IMG/VR virus record: IMGVR_UViG_3300037307_000169
Coordinates: 856-64,855 of that record
DNA from: a virus
Lineage: Duplodnaviria; Caudoviricetes
Direction: 5' to 3' (one strand)
DNA length: 64,000 bases
The notes under the pieces: generated by a model
What the model was told of the DNA's origin: nothing
The model's input: the letters and a program-made list of their open reading frames with translations, nothing else
Database searches by the model: none
Made by a program: the position numbers and the translations under genes
Shown: in pieces, positions 54,164 to 63,569 of the stretch
Position numbering within the stretch: position 1 is the stretch's first letter
How the letters are laid out: each line of letters opens with the position of its first letter

Positions 54164-54667
54164 CTATTTGCCACACCCGTTACACGCAGATTGAGTCTTT
54201 ATGTCGGCATATCGTCGACCGACAACCGGATTGTCCCGCCGCCCGGATCGGTATTGCTCCACCAATTCGGCATAAATCGGGCTATATAGTTTCAGCTCCT
54301 CTTGAGGCTTGCGCTGCGAGAATTCAGTGAACCCGCACGCCATCAAAGATGGGCAATACCATGAGGACTGATAACCGCCGCCGACCTGGTTGCAGGGCAT
54401 CGTATTGACCGGTGCGATATTGAGCATCCCGCCACAGTCAGGGCACCTCCGCGCGAAATACCGCAGGTCACGCACCAGCTCTATTTTCTGCTTTTGCGAT
54501 TCAACTATCGCGGCTTTTTGCGTCATCACTCGATTGTCGAACCACCGCATAAAATCGATCAATTCAACTTCGTGGATCAACATCAATCGCATGACATTAA
54601 ACGTATCCATGAGCGTTGCGAACTGGAACGCTTCCATGGCATCTTCAAAAACTTTATTCACGGACAT
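54164..54667 (-). CDS. Zn-finger-containing protein
   Basis: RRCPDCG...YCPSLMACG. Confidence 0.6.
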   Translation of the reverse strand: MSVNKVFEDAMEAFQFATLMDTFNVMRLMLIHEVELIDFMRWFDNRVMTQKAAIVESQKQKIELVRDLRYFARRCPDCGGMLNIAPVNTMPCNQVGGGYQSSWYCPSLMACGFTEFSQRKPQEELKLYSPIYAELVEQYRSGRRDNPVVGRRYADIKTQSACNGCGK

Positions 54668-56091
54668 TCCCAATCAGAATTACTGCACCAAGAGGTGCAA
54701 ATGCAGTCGATTTCATCCCAACCGTAATAGTAACGATGAGCGCAAATACTATCCCCGGATGCAAAACTTGGATCTGGCTGCCAAATCACGCACGGTTTGC
54801 ATCCCCAAACAGGACTGCAGGTTGTATATTCTACGCAATGTCCACCTGCCGGGGTTCCGCAATAACCACTCGCGCAAGCGACACCCCACTCCACTCCCGT
54901 GTTGATTCCATACCAGTTTGTCAGAGTTCCACCGCACTCGCACCTTTTGAATCCCGAGATAATTCCATGCTGTCCCCAACTGTGAGGCCAAGTAGAATAT
55001 TGCGCATACCCGCAGGTTACGCATTGAGAATTTAGCTTCCCATTCCAATCAGTCGTAGTGTCTCTAAGAACCCAAAGGCCATTAGTGCAGCGCAACGTCC
55101 AAACAATTTTGGTGCCACATTTATCTTCAACTTGGATTTGAACCGGGCCGCACGCCAAGCTGTTGGCATAAACCATGGCGGTATTGCCAGCGGATGCTCC
55201 CAGCGAAAAATTATCCGAATTGGACGCCTCCAACTTTGTCCATCGGTAAGGCGGCAGCCCGCCCTTGACCGCAAGCAGCGCATACGAAGACGGGGTGATC
55301 GATTCTGGAGTAATCCCCGTGTCAAACTCGAGTTCGGGATCCGCCGGGCACTGCTGGATGGAGGCCCAAGTCGAGCAGGATGAACCCGACTGCGTATAGG
55401 CCACCAGCACCACCATGATGAGCCCGGTTTCTTTCGAAGGCTTATAGCGCGCGATCCGCTCGGCGCTCTGCGCCTTGATGATGACCGTGCATTCTGGCGA
55501 ACTGGCCCACGGACGCGGGTTGTTGCCCGTGCGCCCCAGGATATCCTGGCCAGCCGAGGTGCAAAGCGCAACCATGCTTTTATCGCTGATAATCGTGGCC
55601 GGACCGAATACTGCGAGTGAAACGATCGAATCGTCCCGGCGGGCGAGTTTGGCATAGGCGGTCTCGCCGGCCTTGATGACGGTGGGCGTCAACGGCTGTG
55701 CGAAATCGCAGCCCAAGAACGGCGTTTTGTCCTTGGGCCTGCAGGTAACTCGTTGGTCAATGCCGCCCCCGCCAACCTCCAGGCCGGTGGCCGGCCCCTC
55801 AACGCACCCATCAACCGGCGGCGTGTCCGGGTCGTTCGGGTCGTTCGGTCCGGTCGGAGGTTGGTTCGGCGGACGATAGGGCGGCGGATCCCACGGGTCG
55901 AAGCGATATTCCATCTCAGGATAATCATCGTCGCCGACGTAGGGTTTCTTGCTTTCCGAATGGGGCACCCTGCGGATGCGGTCCATGGCGGAGTGCGAGA
56001 CGCCCTTCATTTTCTGCACGTAGGGCCGTTTGCCCATGTACAGCTTGCGGGCGAAGTCGCGGTCGCCGGTTGTATTGATCGGTTTAGGCAT
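54658..56091 (-). CDS. Tail-region protein with Ig-like repeats and a Cys/Trp-rich C-terminal domain
   Basis: 477 aa; VKGGLPPYRW Ig-like motif; 16 Cys in the last ~145 aa. Confidence 0.6.
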   Translation of the reverse strand: MPKPINTTGDRDFARKLYMGKRPYVQKMKGVSHSAMDRIRRVPHSESKKPYVGDDDYPEMEYRFDPWDPPPYRPPNQPPTGPNDPNDPDTPPVDGCVEGPATGLEVGGGGIDQRVTCRPKDKTPFLGCDFAQPLTPTVIKAGETAYAKLARRDDSIVSLAVFGPATIISDKSMVALCTSAGQDILGRTGNNPRPWASSPECTVIIKAQSAERIARYKPSKETGLIMVVLVAYTQSGSSCSTWASIQQCPADPELEFDTGITPESITPSSYALLAVKGGLPPYRWTKLEASNSDNFSLGASAGNTAMVYANSLACGPVQIQVEDKCGTKIVWTLRCTNGLWVLRDTTTDWNGKLNSQCVTCGYAQYSTWPHSWGQHGIISGFKRCECGGTLTNWYGINTGVEWGVACASGYCGTPAGGHCVEYTTCSPVWGCKPCVIWQPDPSFASGDSICAHRYYYGWDEIDCICTSWCSNSDWECP

Positions 56092-56500
56092 CGGTCAGCG
56101 TGAAGATCCCGGCGGCGTTGAATTCGATGGCAGCCGCTGCGCCATTGGGTATTTTAAGCGCTCCGAAATCCAGAAAGCATAGCAGGGGATCGTTTGCGAC
56201 GCTGTCGTCATAGATCACCCCGTAGCGAAACGACGGCGTCAGCGCCGCATAGGCGACATCGTTGGCGTCGAACTTGACCACCGCCCCGGTCCGGGTCATG
56301 CTTACATTGGCAAGCGTCGCGCCCCCGGCCGTGTAACCGGCCCCCGTGATCTGGTCCCCGGACACGTCGCTCAAAAACTCGTCGTTGGCTTTATCCGCGG
56401 AATGAGCGGCGCCGAGCAGCATCAGCTTGAACGTGTGCGAGGGGAGGATGGTTCCGTCCAGCAGCTTTTTCTTCGTCTTGTCATAGATGAAGTCGGCCAT
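56084..56500 (-). CDS. Phage tail-associated protein
   Basis: FKLMLL...GYTAGGATL...FDANDV...RYGVIYDD..DPLLCFLDFG family pattern. Confidence 0.75.
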   Translation of the reverse strand: MADFIYDKTKKKLLDGTILPSHTFKLMLLGAAHSADKANDEFLSDVSGDQITGAGYTAGGATLANVSMTRTGAVVKFDANDVAYAALTPSFRYGVIYDDSVANDPLLCFLDFGALKIPNGAAAAIEFNAAGIFTLTDA

Positions 56501-56910
56501 TATTCATCCCCTTCAAAAGTGATCCGCGGCGAAATGGCCTCGAAAACAATCCGCGGCGAAATGGCCTCGATGTCGATCTTGCCGAGCGTGGTATCGGCCG
56601 AGGTGGCAGGCAGAACGCCCAGCGTCACCGATGTCGGATAGATTTCGATCACCAGGCCGATCGCGGATTGAGGACTCGCGGTGATCCCGACAAGCGTCGG
56701 GGCGGCGATCGACCAGAACCACGCATAGGGATGGACTTCCCCGGGCGGGATCGGCGTATCCTCGTCGAACCCGAGATCCCCGTTGGCCATGTACTTATTC
56801 TGCCAGGTCTGCAGGCGGAGCCCGAATTGCGAGCGCTCATTGCTGCCGGCAGCACCCGATAGGTTGATGGGGTTCTGCGCGGCAAGCGCTATGTTTTGCA
56901 GCAGCGCCAT
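56500..56910 (-). CDS. Structural-region hypothetical protein
   Basis: TAATG coupling. Confidence 0.55.
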   Translation of the reverse strand: MALLQNIALAAQNPINLSGAAGSNERSQFGLRLQTWQNKYMANGDLGFDEDTPIPPGEVHPYAWFWSIAAPTLVGITASPQSAIGLVIEIYPTSVTLGVLPATSADTTLGKIDIEAISPRIVFEAISPRITFEGDE

Positions 56911-58142
56911 TATCCCCACCCGAGATCCACATACCCCTGGAACTGCGTATTCGCCGCCACGGCCGCGCCGGCAAACAACAGAAACCCGAGGCACGCCCCA
57001 TCGACGATTTGAGGCAGGCTGGGCAGCTGGTTCAGCAGGTCGCGTTCGGCCGCCTGAAACGCGGTGGTCAGCGGCAGAGTCGCGAGCGGCTTGCAGAGCA
57101 CCAGGTTGCCAATGGCGCCGGAGCCGGCCGCCATGGCTGCCGACAGCTGCACGCTCTGCACCGATTTGACTCCGGCATCCCCCGCAGCGAGCGGCAAAAA
57201 CGGCCCAAAGTTGCTCGCGGCGGTTCCGCTATGTAGGATGTGCCCGGCAATCGCGGAGACCGTCAACGCCACGACCGCGACAAGCCCGCGGCCGGAGGTG
57301 GACCCCGGGTTCGTGTAGGACATGACCAGGTTCGCCGGCGTCGCCCCGGGGGCCTCGGAAACCGACAGAAACGCCCGGACCCCCTTGCCGTCGGTGTAGC
57401 GCGGCAGGGTCGCGGTGTTGGTCAGGGTCTGCGAGGTGTTGACGTTTAGATCGATTCGCGGATAACACCCCAGCAGATCGACCAGCATCAGGACCGAAGG
57501 CGCGCCGGTCGCGGCGTTGGTCCAGGCGCCCATGTTGAGGATGTGCTTGGTGTCGGTGGACACGTTGCCGCCATGGTAAAGCTGGTGCTGATCGGCGTCC
57601 GAATAGGGCTTGAACGCCTTGACCTCGGTGACCGACACGTTGTCGATCGTCCCGCCCACGGTCGATGCGCCGCTGATCGAAAGCGGCGCGTTGGAGGTTG
57701 CTCCGCAAACGATGCTCTCACGATACGTGCCGTTGGCCGCCCGGGCGGTGCCGGCGGTGCCCCCCAGGCTGACCTGGAACGAACCCGACCCGGTATAGCC
57801 GGCGAGCGTGTAGGCGACCGAATAGGTGGTCCCCTGGACGCAGGCGGTATTCTGATCGATCGAGTCGGTAGACCCGCCGACGGTGCGGGTCACCAGGCCG
57901 GAAGCCGGCGTGTAGGCCCACTGCCCCCCGAGGGTCCAGCCGGTCGCCGATCCCCAAAACCCGCCGTTGGTGATAAAATCGCCATGGACGTGAATTTGCG
58001 GGTAGCCGTCAAAATAGAGCAGGTCGTACCAGCGGCCCGCGGTGAAGGCGTTTGCACCGGAGCCCTTCATAAAATCCGCCCGCCAGAACTTGGCGTTCGC
58101 CGTGAGCTCGGACAGAAAATCGTTGAAACTCGAAAATCCCAT
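56910..58142 (-). CDS. Virion structural protein, paralogue B (with an inserted domain)
   Basis: Shares PRYTDG.GV..FL, LP.I.DGA.L.FL and a terminal WG with 58152-59000. Confidence 0.7.
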   Translation of the reverse strand: MGFSSFNDFLSELTANAKFWRADFMKGSGANAFTAGRWYDLLYFDGYPQIHVHGDFITNGGFWGSATGWTLGGQWAYTPASGLVTRTVGGSTDSIDQNTACVQGTTYSVAYTLAGYTGSGSFQVSLGGTAGTARAANGTYRESIVCGATSNAPLSISGASTVGGTIDNVSVTEVKAFKPYSDADQHQLYHGGNVSTDTKHILNMGAWTNAATGAPSVLMLVDLLGCYPRIDLNVNTSQTLTNTATLPRYTDGKGVRAFLSVSEAPGATPANLVMSYTNPGSTSGRGLVAVVALTVSAIAGHILHSGTAASNFGPFLPLAAGDAGVKSVQSVQLSAAMAAGSGAIGNLVLCKPLATLPLTTAFQAAERDLLNQLPSLPQIVDGACLGFLLFAGAAVAANTQFQGYVDLGWG

Positions 58143-58151
58143 GTCGTCCCC

Positions 58152-59000
58152 CTATCCCCAAATGACGGTCATATCGCCGATGATCTGCGTTGACGCCATG
58201 CTGCCGTTCGGGTCGATCAAAAAATTCAAATGCGCGCCGTCGTAGATCCTCGGCAGTTCGTTTTTATTTAGCAAAAAGTCGACCTCGCACGACGCCCCTA
58301 TTTCGCGGATTTTGATCTCGGCGAGCGGGCGCGCCAGCACCAGAGCAAACATGCCGACGCTGACTGAGGAAAATTCGATGTCGGTCGCGTACTTCACGCC
58401 CTTGCAGCGCTGGATCTGCATGAACGCCCCCGAGCGCCCCGCGGCGGCCCCCGAATGCACGATGGTCCCCTGGACGTTGGTGGTGGCGAGCGTGGTTATA
58501 CCGGTCTTGTTGGTCGTCACGTTAGCGGAGTTGGTGTAGCCTACCCAAACCGAGCCCGCACCCGTGTAGGCCCCCATTGAAACCAGAAACATATAGACCC
58601 CGAGCCCGTCGGTATAGCGCGGCAGCGTGATTGGGTTAAACAGGTTCTGCGGCCCGGCAGTCGATATGTCGATATAGGGGTAGTAGAGCAGGAAGTCGCA
58701 CAGAATCAGCCGCGCCGGGACCACGCCGGCCGAAACCGAGCTCACCGACAATTTGTGCAGGCGCTTTTCGAGCGGCGCCACGTTACCGCCGTGCCAAATG
58801 CCGGAGCCGGCCGGGAAGGCGTTGGCCGTGTAAGGCGTCCCGTTGTAAAGGTTCGGGTAGGGTGTGCCCGGGGATTGCGACAGATCAAAGAAAAGTCCGG
58901 CTGCAGAGGCAATGGAAGGCGCATACCGGAACCCGGTGTACCAATGCTGCCCCTGCTCGTAGCAGTCGTCCACGAGTTTTTTGATGGACTCGAAGCCCAT
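58152..59000 (-). CDS. Virion structural protein, paralogue A
   Basis: MGFESIKKL start parallels MGFSSFNDF of the neighbour; shared motifs. Confidence 0.7.
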   Translation of the reverse strand: MGFESIKKLVDDCYEQGQHWYTGFRYAPSIASAAGLFFDLSQSPGTPYPNLYNGTPYTANAFPAGSGIWHGGNVAPLEKRLHKLSVSSVSAGVVPARLILCDFLLYYPYIDISTAGPQNLFNPITLPRYTDGLGVYMFLVSMGAYTGAGSVWVGYTNSANVTTNKTGITTLATTNVQGTIVHSGAAAGRSGAFMQIQRCKGVKYATDIEFSSVSVGMFALVLARPLAEIKIREIGASCEVDFLLNKNELPRIYDGAHLNFLIDPNGSMASTQIIGDMTVIWG

Positions 59001-59344
59001 CAGTCGCCGCCTTCCTCGGGCTCGATGTTGAAAAGCGCCTGGCGCCTGAATTTCATGTTGGCCCCGAACGTGCTGGAGGTGTACTCGCCCCAAACGGTGA
59101 TCACCCGCGCCGCCAGCGAGCCCTTGAACGTGATCAAATCATTTTCGCTGAGAGGGATATACATGACCGACGCCAGCCCAACGGTAATCTCCTCATCTGC
59201 GTGCTCATTGATCACGTTGCCCCACCGGTCGGTCAGCTTCCAGTGTACCTCGGTCGGAGCGAAGAGATTGTCGAATTCATCGTAGAATGTCAGCCGGATG
59301 AAATAGGCATTTCGCTCGGTCGCAATCTTGGCGATGGTATCCAT
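59000..59344 (-). CDS. Small beta-sandwich structural protein (BppU-like)
   Basis: 114 aa; coupled to neighbours. Confidence 0.5.
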   Translation of the reverse strand: MDTIAKIATERNAYFIRLTFYDEFDNLFAPTEVHWKLTDRWGNVINEHADEEITVGLASVMYIPLSENDLITFKGSLAARVITVWGEYTSSTFGANMKFRRQALFNIEPEEGGD

Positions 59345-59517
59345 CAGCCCCCCTTGTCTTCTTTCAAAATGCCGTGTTTCGGCTTGCGCCAGAATCCGGT
59401 GGCATTCAAAGGCGGTTCCGGGCCGATCTCCTTGCATTCGAAAAACTGCGTGCGCCAGGAATCGGCGACGACCACGCGCCTCTCGCCGCGGGGCTTATCT
59501 TCTACCTGGGCTCCCAT
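59344..59517 (-). CDS. Small hypothetical protein
   Basis: 57 aa; fills the gap between tail genes. Confidence 0.4.
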   Translation of the reverse strand: MGAQVEDKPRGERRVVVADSWRTQFFECKEIGPEPPLNATGFWRKPKHGILKEDKGG

Positions 59518-61904
59518 ATTTTGACCGCCGCTCCTATTTCGTAGAGAATCATTTTTTCCTGGCGCGAGGCGTTGCTGAGCCGGATTTTGATCAGGTCTCC
59601 CACCGCCTCGCACCGGAACCTATGCCGGCGCGAGCTCTCGCCCGACCGCTCGCCGGTCATGGTCAGCGCCCGGGTGAATTTCAGGTTGTCTCCCTGCAGC
59701 ACGTCCAGCCGGCACACGCCGGCGTTTTGGGCCTTGAACCGGATCAGCAGCTCATGCAGCTGCAGCACCATCGCCTTGCGGGTGAGCACCTGGGTAATGA
59801 TCATCTCAACGGGCGTCGACACATCGTCGATGCCATAGTTGAGCTGGTAGACGGTTCCGTCCGCCGTTCCGCCGCCGACCTGCACAACGGGATACTGCGT
59901 GCCGGCCTTGGACTCGATGTTGGTCATGCACGCCAACGGCTGCCCCGGTTTGTCGAAACTCCAGGTCTTGGTCACCAGGTCAAAAACGGGAAATACGTTC
60001 GGCACGGTCGCGCTCGACCCCGACACCAGGCCGATGCGGATGACGTTATGGGTCGGGTCGTGGTCCAGCCACATCTGGTCCTCGTACCCATAGCGGATGC
60101 ACTCGGGCCGGGTGGGGTCGAAGTAGTTCTGAATGTCGTCGGAGGTGATCGAGACGGTGACCCCGTCCGAGACGCACACCCCATAGCGCGACAGCCAAAA
60201 GGCCAGCGTCTTGAGCGTCTCATCGGTTTTGGTGGCGGTCAGCACGCCGTCCACGACCGCGATCGCCTTGTGGTTCATGCCGCCGATCTTGGAGGTCAAG
60301 ACCAGCTTGCCGAACGTGCTGGGGCTGTAGCCTTCGAAGATGGTCACGCACCCGCCCTCGACGCCCAATTCGGCTTGCCAAACCATGAGCTCGTTGTGGA
60401 ATCGCCGCATGCCGACCACCCTGTTGGCGCGGCCGTCGCCAGCCTTGAGAATGCCGTAGTCCGCACCGTTCAGGACCATTGGCTGATCCTTGGCGCTGAC
60501 GTAGATGTAGGCCCCCCAGCGGTCGAAGGAATAGCAGGCGCGGTCCTTCCAAACCGCGTTGCAGCTGCTTTTGCCGAGGTCCAGGATGTCGTAGTAGGGC
60601 ATGCCCTGGATGGCGATCGTGGTGTTGTCCTGGATCTGATTGGCAAAGGTCAGCTCGTACCAATAGGCATAGTAGATGGTCGTGTGCAGCTGGTGGGGCT
60701 GAGCGGGGACGCGGCTGAACGTTACCCAGCCGGCCTGCGTGATACCGGAGCTGCCGTCGGTCCAGGCGCCGACGGTGGTGAACGCATACCCGTTCCAATA
60801 CTTCAAGGTGGCGATGGAGTTTCCGGCCGCGGTGGGCGTGCCGCCCGGGTCGAGATAAATCGCCTCGACCGGGCTCGAAAACCCGATGTAAACCTTTTTG
60901 CCGGCTGCGAGCTCCGAAAGGTCCACCGATCCCGCGGCCCACACCTCGTACTGGCTGTCGCCCTCCACCTGGACCTCGACGGCGTAGTCGGGCACCGAAT
61001 TCCAGACGTTGACGATACCGGTCCATTGGGTGTCGAAGCTGACCTCGGACAGGCGCACGGTCGCCGACAGCTGCGCGCTGAACCGCAATTGATACCACCA
61101 CCCGCACGTTCCGAACGCATAGCGGGTGATAATGTCGGCCGGCGGCGTCCATGAAATTTTACCGCTCTTCCCGAGGGTGGCGCTGCTGACTTCGGTGGTG
61201 TCGGTGGTTGTACCGACGCTGGTCCAGCTGCCGTTCCAGTAGAAAACCGACATGGTCGACGCATTGGTATTGGCCGAGGCCACCGTGAAATTGAACGCCT
61301 TGACCGGCATGCAGGTGCGGATAAAAATGCACTGGAAAGCGGCGTAGGTGTTGATGGCGTCGAGAATGGCGACGGTCGCATCGGCGCTGTCGATCACCTG
61401 GTCGGAGTAATCTTCGCCGCCCTGCGGGATGGTGGGAATGGCGGCCGAGCCCTTATAGACGACAAACTTTTCTACGGGCGTCTGGTCGCCGGCATAGATC
61501 TGGTGCTGGTCTTTGCCGTTTGAAAATATCAGCTTGTCATCGATGACGCCCCACGCGGCGGGCACCTGGCCGGCGGCGCCGTCGAAGATGACGTTGCCGA
61601 AGGCCCCCGTGGTGACCGTCGGCGGTTCGTTCGTCGCCTCGAGGATGTCGCCGTCGCTCATCTGCGCGTAGAAATGCTTTTCCGATCGGTGGGTCTTTGA
61701 AAACTGATAGAGCGTCTTGACCTGGTTGGTGCCGTCGGCGACCGTGTGCAGCTTGCGCTGGCCCGGGCGCTGCTCCATGCCTGAATCGCCGTTGCGGATA
61801 TTCTGCGCGAAAGAAAACGCACCATACGGCAGCAACGCCTCGTCCCGGGCCGTGACGCAGCCGCCTTTAGCCTGCACCCCATCGATCTTGGTGAGATCTT
61901 TCAA
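59502..61904 (-). CDS. Tail tube/nozzle (P22 gp10 / T7 gp12-like) stabilisation protein
   Basis: 800 aa beta-propeller-like protein after the adaptor; typical N-terminal AQNIRN..GMEQRPG and C-terminal GDLIKIRL. Confidence 0.75.
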   Translation of the reverse strand: MKDLTKIDGVQAKGGCVTARDEALLPYGAFSFAQNIRNGDSGMEQRPGQRKLHTVADGTNQVKTLYQFSKTHRSEKHFYAQMSDGDILEATNEPPTVTTGAFGNVIFDGAAGQVPAAWGVIDDKLIFSNGKDQHQIYAGDQTPVEKFVVYKGSAAIPTIPQGGEDYSDQVIDSADATVAILDAINTYAAFQCIFIRTCMPVKAFNFTVASANTNASTMSVFYWNGSWTSVGTTTDTTEVSSATLGKSGKISWTPPADIITRYAFGTCGWWYQLRFSAQLSATVRLSEVSFDTQWTGIVNVWNSVPDYAVEVQVEGDSQYEVWAAGSVDLSELAAGKKVYIGFSSPVEAIYLDPGGTPTAAGNSIATLKYWNGYAFTTVGAWTDGSSGITQAGWVTFSRVPAQPHQLHTTIYYAYWYELTFANQIQDNTTIAIQGMPYYDILDLGKSSCNAVWKDRACYSFDRWGAYIYVSAKDQPMVLNGADYGILKAGDGRANRVVGMRRFHNELMVWQAELGVEGGCVTIFEGYSPSTFGKLVLTSKIGGMNHKAIAVVDGVLTATKTDETLKTLAFWLSRYGVCVSDGVTVSITSDDIQNYFDPTRPECIRYGYEDQMWLDHDPTHNVIRIGLVSGSSATVPNVFPVFDLVTKTWSFDKPGQPLACMTNIESKAGTQYPVVQVGGGTADGTVYQLNYGIDDVSTPVEMIITQVLTRKAMVLQLHELLIRFKAQNAGVCRLDVLQGDNLKFTRALTMTGERSGESSRRHRFRCEAVGDLIKIRLSNASRQEKMILYEIGAAVKIWEPR

Positions 61905-62764
61905 AAGACAGGCCCTCCGCCTTGGATGGGCTCAAACTTGGTAAACATCTCCGCCGCATCCTGGTCGTCGTCTTCCATGGAAGCAAACTCGGACAGCACC
62001 GACCTCAACATCTCCTTAAACGCATCGAGCTCTTTCGTGCTGGGCGGTTCTTTGGCGAGGGGGTGGAGTTTGCACAGGATGACTGCCTGCGGCGCGATCA
62101 GCAGATGCGCCCACTCGGGCAGTTCAGGGACCAGGCCATAGAGATCGCTGGCGACGGTGTCGAAGCCGTTCGTGGTGGCGACCCCTGCAGTGTAATCCGT
62201 GATTTCGCATTCCCAGCCGGAGCTCTCGTTTTCGACGATCATCCCGTTGTAGTAGCCGTCGGTCACCGCGCGCTGCTTGGCGTCGAGAGCAATTTCATCG
62301 ATTCCATCGGCGGCGGCGCGGCCCATGTGCAGCTTGCGGGGTTTGGGCTTGTAGATCAGCGAATAGGTCGAGCTGACGCCGTCTTTATCCAGGTGCAGGT
62401 TTTGGCCACGCTGATAATACAGCCGCTCGGAACCGGTTTGGTCCGTGAGCCGTCTTTCGATTTGAGATATCGGAAAAACTTTTTGACCGTATTGGTCCCG
62501 AAACAAAACGAGTTTACCAAAGTCGGCAGGCAGGGCGAAAACCGAATTGACCCCCGTAATGCTCTGCTCCTTGATAAACTCGCTTGGGCGACGTCTCAGG
62601 ATAAGCGCGAATAGCTGCGCAACGGCGTCGTTGATGCGGTCGATGATCCACTCATTGGCGTAGCCGCCTACATTGTCCTCCCCGCTGGCGAGCGCCTCGT
62701 CGAACTCTCCGATACCATACCGGACGTCCCGGACCAGCCGATAGCAATTTTTATATGTTGGCAT
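61901..62764 (-). CDS. Head-tail adaptor (tail tubular protein A-like)
   Basis: IIDRINDAV...LP.DF..L...LPEWAH.LI pattern; precedes the nozzle gene. Confidence 0.7.
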   Translation of the reverse strand: MPTYKNCYRLVRDVRYGIGEFDEALASGEDNVGGYANEWIIDRINDAVAQLFALILRRRPSEFIKEQSITGVNSVFALPADFGKLVLFRDQYGQKVFPISQIERRLTDQTGSERLYYQRGQNLHLDKDGVSSTYSLIYKPKPRKLHMGRAAADGIDEIALDAKQRAVTDGYYNGMIVENESSGWECEITDYTAGVATTNGFDTVASDLYGLVPELPEWAHLLIAPQAVILCKLHPLAKEPPSTKELDAFKEMLRSVLSEFASMEDDDQDAAEMFTKFEPIQGGGPVF

Positions 62765-62780
62765 CGCCTCTCCATTGGGA

Positions 62781-63518
62781 TCAGTTAGCGGCCGCCTCCA
62801 GTGGCTGGCCGAAGAACCGCTCATGCCGATTCGCCACCTCTTTGCGGACGGTTTCTGGCATCAGGCCGAGACGGTCGCGGTTTTGAGCAAGCCATTTCTG
62901 GAAGCTCGCCCGGTTGTACGTCCGCAGCTTCTGCAGCAGATCTTCCTCATCGATCGTGTCCATGGGGGCGAGATCGTAGGCGGGTGCGGGCGCATCCGGC
63001 GCGGCCTGCGCCGCCATGAGCGTGCGCATCATCTGGCGCATTTCATCCATCTCGCTGCGCAGCGCCTGCAGGCTCGCGTCCTTTTCCCGGGCGACCTCCT
63101 CGGCCTGCTGCAGCTTGCCGATGAGCTCGGCCTTTTCCTTGGTGAACTCATCGGTCTGCGTGTAGGGCTCGAAGAGCTTGAGCCCCAGCTGGTCGGCGTA
63201 GCGCTTGATGTGCTCCGGCACCTCGTTGATGGCGAGCTTGCGCTGGATGCGCCGCTCCTGCTCCTGGTTGAAATCAATCACCTGCTTGCGCCGGAACTCC
63301 AGGTTCGCCCGCCGGCCCTCCTCGGAGCGCCGCTCTTCGACCCCGTTGGTTTCATCCCCGTATTCGAGCTTGATCAGCCCGCGCCGGCCGAGCTCGGAGA
63401 GCGCGTGGTTGCCGCGGGCGTCGTCCACCCGGATGCGCTGACCCGGCTGCAGCTGCATGAGCTCGCCCGAAAACCAAAACTCCAAAACTTCATCTGGTAC
63501 CGGATTCTTGATGACCAT
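62781..63518 (-). CDS. Hypothetical protein (coiled coil)
   Basis: AAGGAG RBS; 245 aa. Confidence 0.65.
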   Translation of the reverse strand: MVIKNPVPDEVLEFWFSGELMQLQPGQRIRVDDARGNHALSELGRRGLIKLEYGDETNGVEERRSEEGRRANLEFRRKQVIDFNQEQERRIQRKLAINEVPEHIKRYADQLGLKLFEPYTQTDEFTKEKAELIGKLQQAEEVAREKDASLQALRSEMDEMRQMMRTLMAAQAAPDAPAPAYDLAPMDTIDEEDLLQKLRTYNRASFQKWLAQNRDRLGLMPETVRKEVANRHERFFGQPLEAAAN

Positions 63519-63569
63519 TGTTTCTCCTTGCCGCGCGCCTGGGATCCGTCTGGAGCCAGGCAAACGACT

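Noticed and set aside
54658-55100. Possible diversity-generating retroelement target
   Set aside because: No reverse transcriptase gene and no template-repeat copy seen in the window
2611-61154. Long opposite-strand ORFs (e.g. 3817-5046, 50371-52371, 52332-54065, 59328-61154)
   Set aside because: Antisense shadows of GC-rich genes; no RBS, motifs or plausible composition
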